Assembly: GCF_009834535.1 (NCBI RefSeq)
Contig: NC_045698.1
Coordinates: forward strand, 312,001 to 376,000
DNA from: Camelus ferus
Lineage: Eukaryota
Direction of reading: 5' to 3'
Length of the DNA: 64,000 nt
Shown here: positions 63,757 to 64,000 of the stretch, one piece after another
Numbering within the stretch: position 1 is the stretch's first letter
How the letters are laid out: each line of letters begins with the position of its first letter
The notes under the pieces: generated by a model
Seen by the model: only the letters and a program-made list of their open reading frames with translations
The model's database searches: none
Told to the model about the DNA's origin: nothing
Made by a program: the position numbers and the translations under genes

Positions 63757-64000
63757 CGATTCTAAATTTCACACAGGGAGGAGACAAAAGACCCAGGCCA
63801 CTGGACACAACACTGAGGGAGAGGAACAGACCTGGAGGACTGACACTGCCCGGCCTCAGGATTGACTGGAGCCACAGCAGTGGGGCCAGGGCGGTGCCGG
63901 TGAGAGAACAGACGGGCACAGCGGGACGGAACAGAGAGCCCAGAAGCAGCCCTCTAAGCGCGGACCACTGACCTCCGGCAGAGGAGCGAAGGCGACGCCG
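63757..64000 (+). mobile_element. LINE-1 ORF2-derived segment, near-identical to 33300-33543, running off the window end
   Basis: 244 bp with 4 substitutions against 33300-33543; the ORF track shows matching peptides at 33265..33462 and 63506..63919. Confidence 0.92.

Overview
This is GC-rich mammalian genomic DNA, probably from a camelid, because it carries two tRNA-derived vic-1-like SINEs and I saw no Alu, Bov-tA, PRE-1 or CanSINE elements. It holds two convergent genes. On the + strand are the last four coding exons of EXOC3 (exocyst Sec6), with the stop at 4557-4559. On the - strand is the complete SLC9A3 (NHE3 Na+/H+ exchanger) gene, which I reconstructed by hand as 17 coding exons from ATG 47081 to stop 8596: 2499 nt, 832 aa, all GT-AG junctions, with a 25-kb first intron. 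The remaining ~17 kb upstream of SLC9A3 is non-coding. Almost all ORF-track entries are spurious GC-rich frames. I see no new protein-coding system. The most unusual signals are RNA-level and structural features of SLC9A3: (1) a ~150-bp purine/pyrimidine inverted repeat bracketing exon 10; (2) a terminal intron whose splicing or retention gives the same ...STHM-stop; (3) a stop-free, in-frame 162-nt intron inside the CHP-binding helix; (4) a 7-codon uORF; (5) two recent near-identical duplications; (6) an old L1 rewritten into GC/CpG-rich sequence; (7) candidate CDX/GATA enhancer clusters. Repeat family names come from recalled consensus sequences, not from a search.
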